A DNA stretch of 64,000 bases from an uncultured Gemmatimonadales bacterium. GTDB taxonomy: Bacteria; Gemmatimonadota; Gemmatimonadetes; Longimicrobiales; RSA9. Location: the NCBI GenBank assembly GCA_963708135.1, contig OY970192.1, positions 3,456,001 through 3,520,000 on the forward strand, in the 5' to 3' direction. Within the stretch, counting starts at the first letter, position 1; every line of letters begins with the position of its first letter. This document shows, in pieces, positions 1 to 9,700 of the stretch. The notes beneath the pieces were generated by a model. The model made no database searches, was not told the DNA's origin, and worked only from the letters and a program-made list of their open reading frames with translations. A program made the translations under genes and the position numbers.

Positions 1-129
1 GCGGACTCTGCCGCTGTTCGTCGCCGGGCATCCGGAGGCGTGAAGACGCCGGACCCCTCGAACGGACCGCGGGTATACACGCCCGTCACCCGCTCGAACG
101 AAGCCGGGACGTGGGGGTCTGGAGGAGAC

Positions 130-441
130 GTGGACGCAGCGGAACGCAGCCTGACGCCGAAGGACGTGGTGCGTGTCCTCTCGGCGCTCTCGGACGAGAA
201 CCGCTTTCGCATCGTGGAGCTGCTCTCGGTCGAGCACGCGGAGCTGCCGTGCGGGAAGATCGGTGAGGCGCTCGGGCTTTCGCCCTCCCTCATCTCCCAC
301 CACCTCGGCGTCCTGGAAGGCGCCGGAGTGATCGAGCGGAGAAAGAACGGACTCTGGACCCTGAACCGTCTGCGGCGCGAGGAGCTGTCCCGGCACATCG
401 CCACCCTCGAGCGGCTCCTCTGCCCGGCGCGCCTGGTCTGA
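130..441 (+). CDS. ArsR/SmtB family transcriptional regulator
   Basis: ALSDENRFRIVELL...LSPSLISHHLGVLEGAGVI winged HTH. GTG at 130 follows a GGAGGAG RBS (ORF track starts at 40). Confidence 0.85.
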   Translation: MDAAERSLTPKDVVRVLSALSDENRFRIVELLSVEHAELPCGKIGEALGLSPSLISHHLGVLEGAGVIERRKNGLWTLNRLRREELSRHIATLERLLCPARLV

Positions 442-554
442 CCCTCCCGCCGTTCCGTTCTCTCCCGCTCCGGCGCGCCTGCGCCGGGTCATCCGACATT
501 CGTTGAACCCCGGTCCGGCTCCGCACGAGCCGCACCCTGTCGCGGAGTGATTCG

Positions 555-1923
555 ATGGAGTCCGAGCCCCGCAAGCGGCGCGTTCCGCTGCACACGAAGA
601 TCCTCTTCGGCCTGATCGGCGGCGCGGCCGCCGGCGTGGCCGCCAACATCTTCTGGGGAGACTCGCCCCGCCTGCTCTGGACCGTCGATCACGTGGCACA
701 GCCGGTCGGGCAGATCTTCCTGCGGATGCTCTTCATGGTCGTCGTGCCGCTGGTCTTCACGTCCCTCGCCCTGGGCGTGGCGAACCTCGGCGACCTGCGC
801 CGCATCGGCCGCGTCGGCGGCAAGACCATCGGCTTCTTCGTGCTCACGACCGGCTTCGCCGTCGTGCTCGGCCTCACCGCCGTGAACGTCTTCAAGCCCG
901 GCGCCTCTCTCGATCCGGGCGTCCGCGCGGGGCTGCTCCAGACCTATGCCAGCCAGGCCGCCGCCCGCGTCGGCGCCGCCTCGACCAACGGGTTCGGCGT
1001 CGGGACCTTCGTCAACATCGTGCCGAAGAACCCGATCGAGGCCATGGCGAGCGGGGATCTCCTCGGGCTGATCTTCTTCACGCTCGTCTTCGGCATCGCG
1101 CTCACCCGACTGCCGCGCGAGAAGGCGGAGCCCGTGCTGCGCGTGCTCGAGGGCGTCGGCGACGCGGTCATCCGAGATGATCGACATGGCCATGCGTCTC
1201 GCGCCGCTGGGCGTGGCCGGCCTCATCTTCTCCGTCACCGCGCGCTTCGGCTTCGACGTGCTCCGCTCGCTCGGGCTCTACGTGGTCGTGGTCCTCGGCG
1301 CCCTGGCCATCCACCAGTTCGTCACCATCGGCCTGCTCGCCCGTTTCCTCACCGGCATCAGCTGGCGCCGGTTCTTCGGCCGCGCCAGGGCGCTCATGAT
1401 CACCGCCTTCTCCACTTCGAGCTCCAGCGCGACGCTGCCCACCACCATCCAGACCGCGGAGGAGGAGTTCGGCGTGCCGCCGGAGATCGCCGGCTTCGTC
1501 CTGCCCCTCGGCGCCACCATGAACATGAACGGCACCGCCCTCTTCGAGGGCGTGACCGTCCTTTTCCTGGCGCAGGTCTTCGGGATCCACCTCAGCCTGC
1601 CGATGCAGCTCGTCGTGGTGAGCATGTCCATCCTCACCGCCATCGGCGCCGCCGGCGTCCCCGGCGGCTCGATCCCGCTGCTGGTGATGGTCCTGGAGAT
1701 GGTCGGCATCCCGGGCGGCGGCATCGCCCTCATCCTGGGCGTGGACCGCCTCCTCGACATGTCGCGCACCGTGCCCAACGTCACCGGCGACCTGCTCACC
1801 TCGCTCGTGGTCGCGCGCAGCGAGGGGATGTCCTTCACCGTCGACGACGAGGGCAAGCGCGTGCTCGTCTCCGACTCCGTTCCCGCCCCCGAGGCCGGCC
1901 TGGGGGGTGCGCTCGCCGACTGA
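555..1923 (+). pseudogene. Dicarboxylate/amino acid:cation symporter (DAACS/GltP family), split by a +1 frameshift at about 1173; may be a sequencing error
   Basis: N-half (FLRMLFMVVVPLVF, NIVPKNPIEA) in frame 555; C-half (TAFSTSSSSATLP, PLGATMNMNGTAL, AAGVPGG, DRLLDMSRTVPNVTGD) in frame 1177. ATC-C-GAG-ATG shows one extra C. Confidence 0.8.
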
Positions 1924-1933
1924 TGCTCGCGCT

Positions 1934-3328
1934 TCAGGAGCCGGGGATCCCCGGCTCCGTCATGGCCCGCGTGTCGAGGACGGCGTCGAGCTCTTCCGGC
2001 GGGAGCACGGCCTTCTCGGTGGCGAGGGCGCGCACGGTCGTGCCCTTCCTGAACGCCTCCTTGGCGAGCGAGGCGGCCGCGTCGTAGCCGATGCTCGGCG
2101 CGAGCGCCGTGGCCAGCGAGAGGTTCCCCTCGAGCAGCTCCTTCAGCCGTGCCTCGTTGGCGGTGATGCCGTCGATGCACTTCTCGGCGAAGACGGCGGC
2201 GGCGCGCGAGCAGAGCGCGATCGACTGCAGCAGCGCGTGCGCCATCACGGGCATCATGACGTTCAGCTCGAAGTAGGAGCCAAGCCCGCCCACGGTGATC
2301 GTCGTGTGGTTCCCCATCACCTGGGCCGAGACCATGGTCACGGCCTCCGGGATCACGGGGTTGACCTTGCCCGGCATGATGCTCGAGCCGGGCTGGATGG
2401 CCGGCAGCGTGATCTCGGCCAGCCCCGCGCGCGGCCCGCTGGCCAGCAGCCGCAGATCGTTGGCGATCTTGCTGAGCGAGACCGCCAGCGCGTTCAGCGC
2501 GCCGTGTGCGTAGACGACGACATCGCGCGTGGCCTGCCGCTCGAAGTGGTTCGCCGCCTCGCGGAACTCGAGGCCGGTGGCGCTCGACAGCCGCGCAATG
2601 GTGCGGCCGGCGAACTCCTCGTGCGTGTTGATGCCGGTGCCGACCGCCGTCCCGCCGAGCGGCAGCTCGACGAGGTCGTCGAGCGCGTGCTCCAGGCGGC
2701 GCACTGCATGGGACACCTGGCTTGCGAAGCCGCCGAACTCCTGGCCCAGCCGGACCGGCGTAGCGTCCATCAGGTGGGTGCGCCCGGACTTCACGTAGCC
2801 GTCGAGCTCCTTCGCCTTGGCGGTCAGCGAGTCGCGCAGCGTGCCGAGCGCCGGGATCAGGTCCTGCGTGATCGCCGTGGCCGCGGCGACCTGCATCGCG
2901 GTGGGGATCGCATCGTTTGAGGATTGCCCGAGGTTGACGTGGTCGTTCGGATGGATGCGCTCGCCATCGAGGAGCTTGGCCGCGCGGTGGGCGATGACCT
3001 CGTTTGCGTTCATGTTCGTCGAGGTCCCGCTCCCCGTCTGGAAGATGTCCAGCACGAACTGGGCGTCGTGGGCGCCATCCACCACCTCCTGCGCCGCGCG
3101 CACGATGGCGCCGCCGATTCGCTCGTCCAGCAGCCCGAGCTCCATGTTGGTCTCGGCCGCGGCCAGCTTGATCAGTCCCATGGCCGCGATGAAGCTGCGG
3201 GGGAAGCGGAGGTCGCTGATCGGGAAGTTCTCGACCGCGCGCTGGGTCTGCGCGCCCCACAGCGCGTCCTGGGGCACCTGCATCTCTCCGAGCGAGTCGC
3301 GCTCGACCCGGTAGGCTCTATCGCTCAT
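1934..3328 (-). CDS. fumC: Class II fumarate hydratase
   Basis: RVERDSLGE, WGAQTQRA, QTGSGTSTNMNANEV, GRTHLMDATP and the GSSIMPGKVNP signature. Confidence 0.93.
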   Translation of the reverse strand: MSDRAYRVERDSLGEMQVPQDALWGAQTQRAVENFPISDLRFPRSFIAAMGLIKLAAAETNMELGLLDERIGGAIVRAAQEVVDGAHDAQFVLDIFQTGSGTSTNMNANEVIAHRAAKLLDGERIHPNDHVNLGQSSNDAIPTAMQVAAATAITQDLIPALGTLRDSLTAKAKELDGYVKSGRTHLMDATPVRLGQEFGGFASQVSHAVRRLEHALDDLVELPLGGTAVGTGINTHEEFAGRTIARLSSATGLEFREAANHFERQATRDVVVYAHGALNALAVSLSKIANDLRLLASGPRAGLAEITLPAIQPGSSIMPGKVNPVIPEAVTMVSAQVMGNHTTITVGGLGSYFELNVMMPVMAHALLQSIALCSRAAAVFAEKCIDGITANEARLKELLEGNLSLATALAPSIGYDAAASLAKEAFRKGTTVRALATEKAVLPPEELDAVLDTRAMTEPGIPGS

Positions 3329-3412
3329 CCCGCCTCCTCGCGCCTGGCGTTTCGAGTCACCGGCGGCGGGCGGCACGCCGCGCCGGCGGCCGTGCCCCGT
3401 CGCCTGGATCCG

Positions 3413-4138
3413 TCATTTCCTGGGCGGCCGCGACGGCCGCACCTCGATCCGGCTGGGCAGCGTCCGCCCGGGGAAGGCGACGAGGTCCATCACGATCCGC
3501 GCGATGTCCTCCGGCTGCACCTTCCAGTCGTCCGTGCCCGCCGTGGGATGGCTGAAGTCCGTCGCTACGCTGCCCGGCATGATGTAGCTCACGCGCACCC
3601 CGTCGTGGCGGACCTCCTGCATCAGCGCCTCGCTGAAGCCGATCAGCCCGAACTTGCTGGCGTTGTACGCGGCCCCGCCCGGGAAGGCGTTCTTCCCGGC
3701 CAGGCTGCCAATGTTCACGATCCAGGCATCGCCGGCGCGGCGCAGGTGCGGCAGGGCGGCACGGCAGCAGTAGAAGAGCCCGTCCAGGTTGGTCGAGAGG
3801 CAGCGGTCCCAGTCCTCGATGCTCATCTCGGCGACCGGCGCGAACACGCCGACCCCCGCGTTGTTCACGAGGATGTCCAGCCGCCCGAATGCGTCCACGG
3901 CGGAGGAGACCAGCCGCTCGCAGTCGGCCGGGGAGCGCACATCGCAGGCGACGCCGAGCGCCGCATCCGGCCGGCCCGTCCGCTCGCCCACCTCCGCCGC
4001 CGCCTTCGCCACGTCGGCGGCGGTGCGTGCCCCGAGCGCGACGCGTGCGCCCGCACCGGCCAGCGCCTCCACGATGGCACGCCCGATCCCCTTCGTGCCG
4101 CCCGTCACCACGGCGGCCCTGCCGCCCAGGTCCCCCAT
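3413..4138 (-). CDS. SDR family oxidoreductase
   Basis: TGGTKGIG, NNAG, YNASK; GGAGGAG RBS before ATG 4138. Confidence 0.9.
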   Translation of the reverse strand: MGDLGGRAAVVTGGTKGIGRAIVEALAGAGARVALGARTAADVAKAAAEVGERTGRPDAALGVACDVRSPADCERLVSSAVDAFGRLDILVNNAGVGVFAPVAEMSIEDWDRCLSTNLDGLFYCCRAALPHLRRAGDAWIVNIGSLAGKNAFPGGAAYNASKFGLIGFSEALMQEVRHDGVRVSYIMPGSVATDFSHPTAGTDDWKVQPEDIARIVMDLVAFPGRTLPSRIEVRPSRPPRK

Positions 4139-4208
4139 CCGCTCCTCCTTGCCCACGGCAGGGCTGAGTTTAATTGCTCACTCCCTGCCCCGCCACTAGG
4201 TTTCGCGC

Positions 4209-4937
4209 ATGGATCTCGAGGGCAGGGTGGCACTGGTGACGGGCGGCGCGAGACGCCTCGGAAGGGCGCTCTCGCTGGGGCTGGCGCGTGCCGGCGCGGA
4301 CGTGGTCGTGAACCACCACGCCTCCCCGCAGGAGGCCGCCGAGACGGCGGATGCCATCCGCTCGCTGGGGCGCCGTGCCCTGGCTGTGCGGGCGGACGTG
4401 GGGCGGGGCGAGGAGGTGGACCGGCTGGTGCGGGAGGCGCGCGCCGCGATGGGCCGCCTCGATGTGCTCGTCAACAACGCCTCCACCTTCCACGAGGCGC
4501 CGCTCGAGGCGCTCCCCGAGGAGGCCTGGGACCGCACGATGGCCGTCAACCTGAAGGGGCCGTTCCTTCTGGCCCGCGCGGCGGCGCCGCTCCTGCGCGA
4601 GCACGGCGGCGCGATCGTGAACCTGGCGGACCTGTCCGCCTTCCAGCCCTGGCCGTCCTTCGCGGCCCACTCGGTCTCCAAGGCCGGCCTCGTCCATCTC
4701 ACCCGCGTGCTGGCGCGCGCCCTCGCCCCCGCCGTGCGCGTCAACTGCATCGCGCCGGGAACCGTGTTGCCGCCGGATGACTGCACGCCCGAGCAGCTGC
4801 GCGAGAGCTGGGAGGGCACGCCGCTGAAGCGCATCGGCTCGCCGGAGGAAGTCGTCCGGGCGCTGCTCTTCCTGCTGGGCAGCGACTTCGCTACGGGAGA
4901 GGTGCTCGTGCTCGACGGCGGACGGCTCCTGGTCTAG
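4209..4937 (+). CDS. SDR family oxidoreductase, pteridine reductase/FolM-like
   Basis: TGGARRLG, NNAS, VRVNCIAPG; the catalytic YxxxK appears as HSVSK. Confidence 0.8.
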   Translation: MDLEGRVALVTGGARRLGRALSLGLARAGADVVVNHHASPQEAAETADAIRSLGRRALAVRADVGRGEEVDRLVREARAAMGRLDVLVNNASTFHEAPLEALPEEAWDRTMAVNLKGPFLLARAAAPLLREHGGAIVNLADLSAFQPWPSFAAHSVSKAGLVHLTRVLARALAPAVRVNCIAPGTVLPPDDCTPEQLRESWEGTPLKRIGSPEEVVRALLFLLGSDFATGEVLVLDGGRLLV

Positions 4938-4952
4938 CGGCTCGACCGACCC

Positions 4953-7019
4953 GTGAAGCGGACTCTCCTGCTCGGCGGCGCGGCCGGCGCGGCGCTCCTG
5001 GCGCTCCTCGCGGCGTTCGTCGCGCCGCGCGCCCTCGGCTGCCCGTCCCCCGGGACGCTCCGCACCTACCGCCCGCCGGAGGCATCGCGCGTCTACGCCG
5101 CGGACGGCTCCATCGTGGCCGAGCTCTCGCCCGCGCGGCGCGTCGCGGTGGAGCTCGGCGAGATCCCGGCCGTGCTCCGCGACGGCTTCGTGGCCGTCGA
5201 AGACCGCCGCTTCTTCCGGCACCGCGGCATCGATGTCCGGGGGATCGGCCGCGCCGCCGCGCACGACCTCGCCCACCTCTCCCTGCGCGAGGGATTCAGC
5301 ACGATCACCATGCAGCTCGCGCGGCAGCTCTTCCCGGACGAGCTGCCGATGTCGGCGCGCTTTCGCCGCAAGACCTGCGAGCTGGCCATGGCCGTCAGCA
5401 TCGAGAGGGAGTTCCCGAAGCGCCAGATCCTGAACCTGTACCTGAACCAGATCTACCTCGGCAACGGGCTCTACGGCGTCGAGCGGGCGGCGGAGGGGTA
5501 CTTCGGCAAGCCCGCGCGCGAGCTCACGCTGCCGGAGGCCGCGCTGCTCATCGGGCTCAACAAGAACCCCGAGGGCTACAACCCGCGGAAGCACCTGGCC
5601 CGTGCCGTGGAGCGCCGCAACACCGTGCTGGACGTGCTGGCGCGCGAGGGCGTCATCGGCGAGGTCGCCGCCTCACGGGCCAGGCTCGCGCCGCTGCGGC
5701 TCGCCGCGCCGCCGGAGGCGGCCGGTCCCGCGCCGTACTTCGTCGCCGGGATCCGGCACGAGCTGAGGGAGCGGTTCGGGCCAGAGGCGGATGTGAGCGG
5801 GCTGCGCGTCTACACGGGGCTCGATCCGGCGCTCCAGCGCGCTGCGCGCCGGGCGCTGGTCGACCAGATCGCCTCCATCGAGGCCGGCCGCTACGGCCGC
5901 TACCGGCACCCGGTCATGCCCCCGGACGCGGATCCCGACCCGTCCGCGGACGGGTCACCCTACCTCCAGGGGCTGGTCGTCGCCCTCGACCCCGCCACCG
6001 GCGCGGTCCGGGCGCTCGTCGGCGGGCGCGACTTCACGCACTCGCAGTTCGACCGCGTCTACGAGGCGCGCCGCCAACCCGGCTCCGCGTTCAAGCCGAT
6101 CGTCTACGAGACTGCCATCGAGAGCGGCCTCACGGCGACGACCCGCATCGAGACCACGCCCGTTGCGCTCGCCGGCGCGGGCTCCGCCCCCTGGCGCCCG
6201 GACGACGAGGTGCCGGACTCCGTGACCTCGCTCTCCGCGCGCGATGCGCTCGCGCGCTCCTCCAACTTCGCGGCCGTGCGCGTCGGCGAGTCCGTCGGCA
6301 CGACCAGGGTCATCGACACGGCGCGCGCGCTCGGGCTCACCACGCCGATCCCCGCCTACCCGGCGATCTTCCTCGGCGCCGCGGAAGTCCGCCCGATCGA
6401 GCTCGTGGCCGCCTACGCCGCGTTCGGCAACGGCGGCTGGCGCGTAGCGCCGCACCTCATCGAGCGCGTAGAGGACAAGCACGGCAGGGTGCTCTGGCGC
6501 GCCGCCCCACCGCGGGCTCGCGCCCTCGACGAGGGAGCCGCGTTCATCACCCTCGGCCTGTTGCGGGATGTGGTGGATCGCGGAACGGGTACCGCCGTGC
6601 GGCAACAGGGCTTCTGGTTGCCGGCCGCGGGAAAGACCGGCACTACCAACGCGGGGCGGGACACCTGGTTCATCGGCATGACGCCCGACCTCGTGGCCGG
6701 CGTCTGGCTCGGCTTCGACCGGCCCCGGCCGATCGTCGCCGGCGGCAGCGGCGGCCGCCTCGCCGCGCCCGTCTGGGGCCGCATGATGCGCGAGGCCTAC
6801 CGCACCCGCCCCAACCCCGCGCCCTGGCTCCCACCGACGGATCTCGTCGCGCTGCCCGTGGACACCACCAGCGGCCTCCTGGCCACCTCCCACTGCCCCG
6901 CGAACGTGGTGCGGGTCGAGTACTACCTGCCCGGCACGGAACCCCGCGAGTCCTGCCACCTGCACCACGCCGGCAGCCTGCCCGGCCGCATCTGGAAGGG
7001 CATCAGGAAGGCGTTCTGA
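4953..7019 (+). CDS. Class A penicillin-binding protein (PBP1A family, transglycosylase-transpeptidase)
   Basis: EDRRFFRHRG, GFSTITMQLAR, YLNQIYLG (GT51); RQPGSAFKP (SxxK), SSN, GKTGTTN. Confidence 0.92.
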   Translation: MKRTLLLGGAAGAALLALLAAFVAPRALGCPSPGTLRTYRPPEASRVYAADGSIVAELSPARRVAVELGEIPAVLRDGFVAVEDRRFFRHRGIDVRGIGRAAAHDLAHLSLREGFSTITMQLARQLFPDELPMSARFRRKTCELAMAVSIEREFPKRQILNLYLNQIYLGNGLYGVERAAEGYFGKPARELTLPEAALLIGLNKNPEGYNPRKHLARAVERRNTVLDVLAREGVIGEVAASRARLAPLRLAAPPEAAGPAPYFVAGIRHELRERFGPEADVSGLRVYTGLDPALQRAARRALVDQIASIEAGRYGRYRHPVMPPDADPDPSADGSPYLQGLVVALDPATGAVRALVGGRDFTHSQFDRVYEARRQPGSAFKPIVYETAIESGLTATTRIETTPVALAGAGSAPWRPDDEVPDSVTSLSARDALARSSNFAAVRVGESVGTTRVIDTARALGLTTPIPAYPAIFLGAAEVRPIELVAAYAAFGNGGWRVAPHLIERVEDKHGRVLWRAAPPRARALDEGAAFITLGLLRDVVDRGTGTAVRQQGFWLPAAGKTGTTNAGRDTWFIGMTPDLVAGVWLGFDRPRPIVAGGSGGRLAAPVWGRMMREAYRTRPNPAPWLPPTDLVALPVDTTSGLLATSHCPANVVRVEYYLPGTEPRESCHLHHAGSLPGRIWKGIRKAF

Positions 7020-7095
7020 GGCGCCCGCCCCGGCACCCCGCCCGCACCCTACAGCGAGGGGCCGGAGGGGGACCAAACTCCCGGATCACCCATGG

Positions 7096-7210
7096 GCGGC
7101 GGACCGCCCCTGCGGAAACGGGCGCCGTGCGCACCAAAGTCCCGCCGCGTCAATGCGGCGGACCGCCCTTGCGGAAAGGGCCGCCGTGGTCCCGCCGCGT
7201 CGATGCGGCG
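7096..7210. repeat. Imperfect tandem duplication (about 59 and 50 nt units) containing GC hairpins
   Basis: gcggcggaccgccc[c/t]tgcggaaa...gccgtg and gtcccgccgcgtc[a/g]atgcggcg each occur twice. Confidence 0.75.
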
Positions 7211-7753
7211 CCGAACCGTCGGGGACTATGCTCCGCACGGCGACTCGAAGTGTCAGGGCATCCGGGAACGCCGGCACGGTCGTGCAGAAATGTCCGGCCG
7301 CCCCATCCTCGGCCCCCTGCTCGGCCGCCGAAGGCGGAACGGCGGGTGAGGGGAGCCCGGTCGAGCCGCGCCGATCCCCGGCACGCGCATCGCGTAGGGT
7401 CCCGGCGGCGTCCTCGAGTGCCGGCACTCCTGGCCGCTCCTGCACGAACGGCGCGATCTGCGCAACCCGCCACTCGCCGGCGTTCCGCAAACGAGAGTCC
7501 GATTGCGCACCCAGGGCCGTCCCAATCCGCCACTGATGAAACCGGCGAGAACGAGCGGCGAGTTCTGCCGGTCTGGCCAGTACGAGCCGCCACGCGCGCG
7601 CCGGAGGACGGCGAGCGGCGGGTTATGCTCCCGAGTGACCCGCCGCTCGGGGCGGGGAAGCCGCCCGATCCGGGAAGCCGCGAACCTCCGGCGCCCCCGC
7701 GCGGCGCCGCCCGCACGACCCCCTCCCCCACCCGCAGTTCGCAGCTCGCCGTC

Positions 7754-8758
7754 TCAGGGCGCCTCCGCGGTCTCCAGCACCGGCGACTCGCCGAGCCCCT
7801 CGTGTGCGAGCCAGCGCTCCGCCTCCAGCGCGGCCATGCAGCCGGTGCCGGCGGCGGTGATCGCCTGGCGATAGTAGCTGTCCATCGCATCCCCGGCGGC
7901 GAACACGCCGGGGACGCTGGTAGCCGTGCGCCACGGCTGGGGAGTCTTGATGTAGCCGGACGGGTGCAGCTCCAGCTGTCCGTCGAGGAAGCCGGTGTTG
8001 GGCGTGTGGCCGATCGCCACGAACAGCCCGCCTACCTCCACGTCACGGCACTCGCCGGTCTTCGTGTCCTCCAGCTTGAGCCCGGTAATGTGGTCGTAGC
8101 CGAGGACCTCCATCACGCGCGTGTTCCACACCATCGTGATCTTCGGGTTCTCGAGCGCCCGCTGCGCCATGATCGGCGAGGCGCGCAGCTGGTCGCGCCG
8201 GTGGATCACCAGCACCTCGCGGGCGAACTTCGTGAGGTAGAGCGACTCCTCCATGGCCGAGTCGCCGCCGCCCACGACGGCGAGCACGCGGTCCCGGAAG
8301 AGCGGCAGCGCGCCGTCGCAAACCGCGCACGCCGAAACGCCGCCGCCGCTCTGCGCCAGCCGCTCCTCGTTCGGCACGTCGAGCCAGTTGGCCCGGGCGC
8401 CGGTGGCGATGATCGCGGCGACCGCATCCACGGGCTCGCTGTAGCTCGGGTGGAGCGTGAACGGGTGCTTGCCGAACTCCACGCGCGCGATGTCCTCCGC
8501 TACCACTCGGGTGCCGAAGCGCAGCGCCTGCTCGCGCAGCTTCTCCATGAGCTCCGGCCCGGTGATGCCCTCCGGAAAGCCGGGGTAGTTCTCCACCTCC
8601 GTGGTGAACATGAGCTGACCGCCCGGCAGCAGCGTCCGCGACGGCTCGCCCTCGAAGACGATGGGGGCCAGGTTGGCGCGCGCCGCATAGATGGCGGCGG
8701 TCCAGGCGGCGGGCCCGGACCCGATGATCGCAATGGTCTCGCGCTTTCGCTCCGACAT
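7754..8758 (-). CDS. trxB: Thioredoxin-disulfide reductase
   Basis: IIGSGPA, GGQLMFTTEVENYPGF, CAVC redox motif, GGGDSAMEE, GVFAAGD. Confidence 0.95.
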   Translation of the reverse strand: MSERKRETIAIIGSGPAAWTAAIYAARANLAPIVFEGEPSRTLLPGGQLMFTTEVENYPGFPEGITGPELMEKLREQALRFGTRVVAEDIARVEFGKHPFTLHPSYSEPVDAVAAIIATGARANWLDVPNEERLAQSGGGVSACAVCDGALPLFRDRVLAVVGGGDSAMEESLYLTKFAREVLVIHRRDQLRASPIMAQRALENPKITMVWNTRVMEVLGYDHITGLKLEDTKTGECRDVEVGGLFVAIGHTPNTGFLDGQLELHPSGYIKTPQPWRTATSVPGVFAAGDAMDSYYRQAITAAGTGCMAALEAERWLAHEGLGESPVLETAEAP

Positions 8759-8942
8759 GTGTCTTCCCGCGTGGAGGATTCCCGGGCGAGCGCCGGCAGC
8801 GGCGTCGCCGACTCCGTATGATAAGCCCCGTGGCTCGGGGGGAGCAACGCGGGCCCCACCCCCCAATTCCCGGCGGTTCCCGGCCCCGCGGCGGTAACGC
8901 CCGCGGCGAGGCCGATCTGGCGTTGCGGGGGTGCCAATGCTA

Positions 8943-8962
8943 GGTTCCAAGCGACTGGAACC
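8943..8962. promoter_or_regulatory. 7-6-7 inverted repeat directly upstream of the RBS of 8969
   Basis: GGTTCCA-AGCGAC-TGGAACC followed by GGAG and ATG. Confidence 0.45.
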
Positions 8963-8968
8963 GGAGTC

Positions 8969-9658
8969 ATGACGGTAACTTCCCCATCTCCATTCGAGCA
9001 CCGCGTGGAGCGGTTCCTGTCCTCCCTCGCCGGGGTGGTCTCGGTTCGTGTCCTGGCCGGCGGGGAGGGACGGGTGCAGGAGATCCACGTGCTGTCGACG
9101 CCGCGCCTGCACCCGAAGCAGGTGGTGCGGAACGTGGAATCGGCGCTTTCAGCAGGGATGGGAATGGAGATCGACCGCCGCATCGTGAGCGTCGCGCAGG
9201 TGCGCTCCGACGCGGAGCCGGGCGCGCTGGAAGAGACTCCGGCCGACGCTCCGGACCGCGCGGAGGAGCCGGCCCCGGAGCGGCTCGTCTTCGTGCGCTA
9301 CGACGCCCGGTCGCAGGTGCTGCACGATGCGCACTGCCGCGTGGTGCTGCGGGGGCCGGACGACGAGTTCACCGGCAGTGGCGAGGGTCCGAACACCGTG
9401 CAAGGGCGCTCGCAGGCCGCCGCTCGTGCGCTCTTCTCGGCGCTCGCCGCCGCGCGCGGACTTGACGATGCGGCACTTGAGGGCACAGCCGTCGTGGAGA
9501 CCCACGGCCATAGCTACGTGCTCATTGCCGCGAGAGGCATCGACGGCCGCCAGACCGTTCCCCTCACGGGCTGCGCTCCGCTCTCCCGCTCTCCCGAAGA
9601 GGCCGCGATCCTCGCGTCGCTGCAGGCGACGAACCGCTGGGCGGAGCTGCCGACCTGA
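8969..9658 (+). CDS. Uncharacterised two-domain protein, paralog of 11119-11793
   Basis: 229 aa with GC-typical codon use; aligns by eye along its whole length with the 11119-11793 product. Confidence 0.8.
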   Translation: MTVTSPSPFEHRVERFLSSLAGVVSVRVLAGGEGRVQEIHVLSTPRLHPKQVVRNVESALSAGMGMEIDRRIVSVAQVRSDAEPGALEETPADAPDRAEEPAPERLVFVRYDARSQVLHDAHCRVVLRGPDDEFTGSGEGPNTVQGRSQAAARALFSALAAARGLDDAALEGTAVVETHGHSYVLIAARGIDGRQTVPLTGCAPLSRSPEEAAILASLQATNRWAELPT

Positions 9659-9700
9659 TCCCAGCCGGCGCACCTCTCGCTTCTTGCAGAGAACCGGGTG

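Noticed and set aside
7096..7210. Possible CRISPR array
   Set aside because: Only two imperfect units, no unique spacers of regular length, and no cas genes in the window.
7533..7560. CTGATGA, the hammerhead ribozyme core
   Set aside because: No stem II followed by GAAA and no closing stems could be found.
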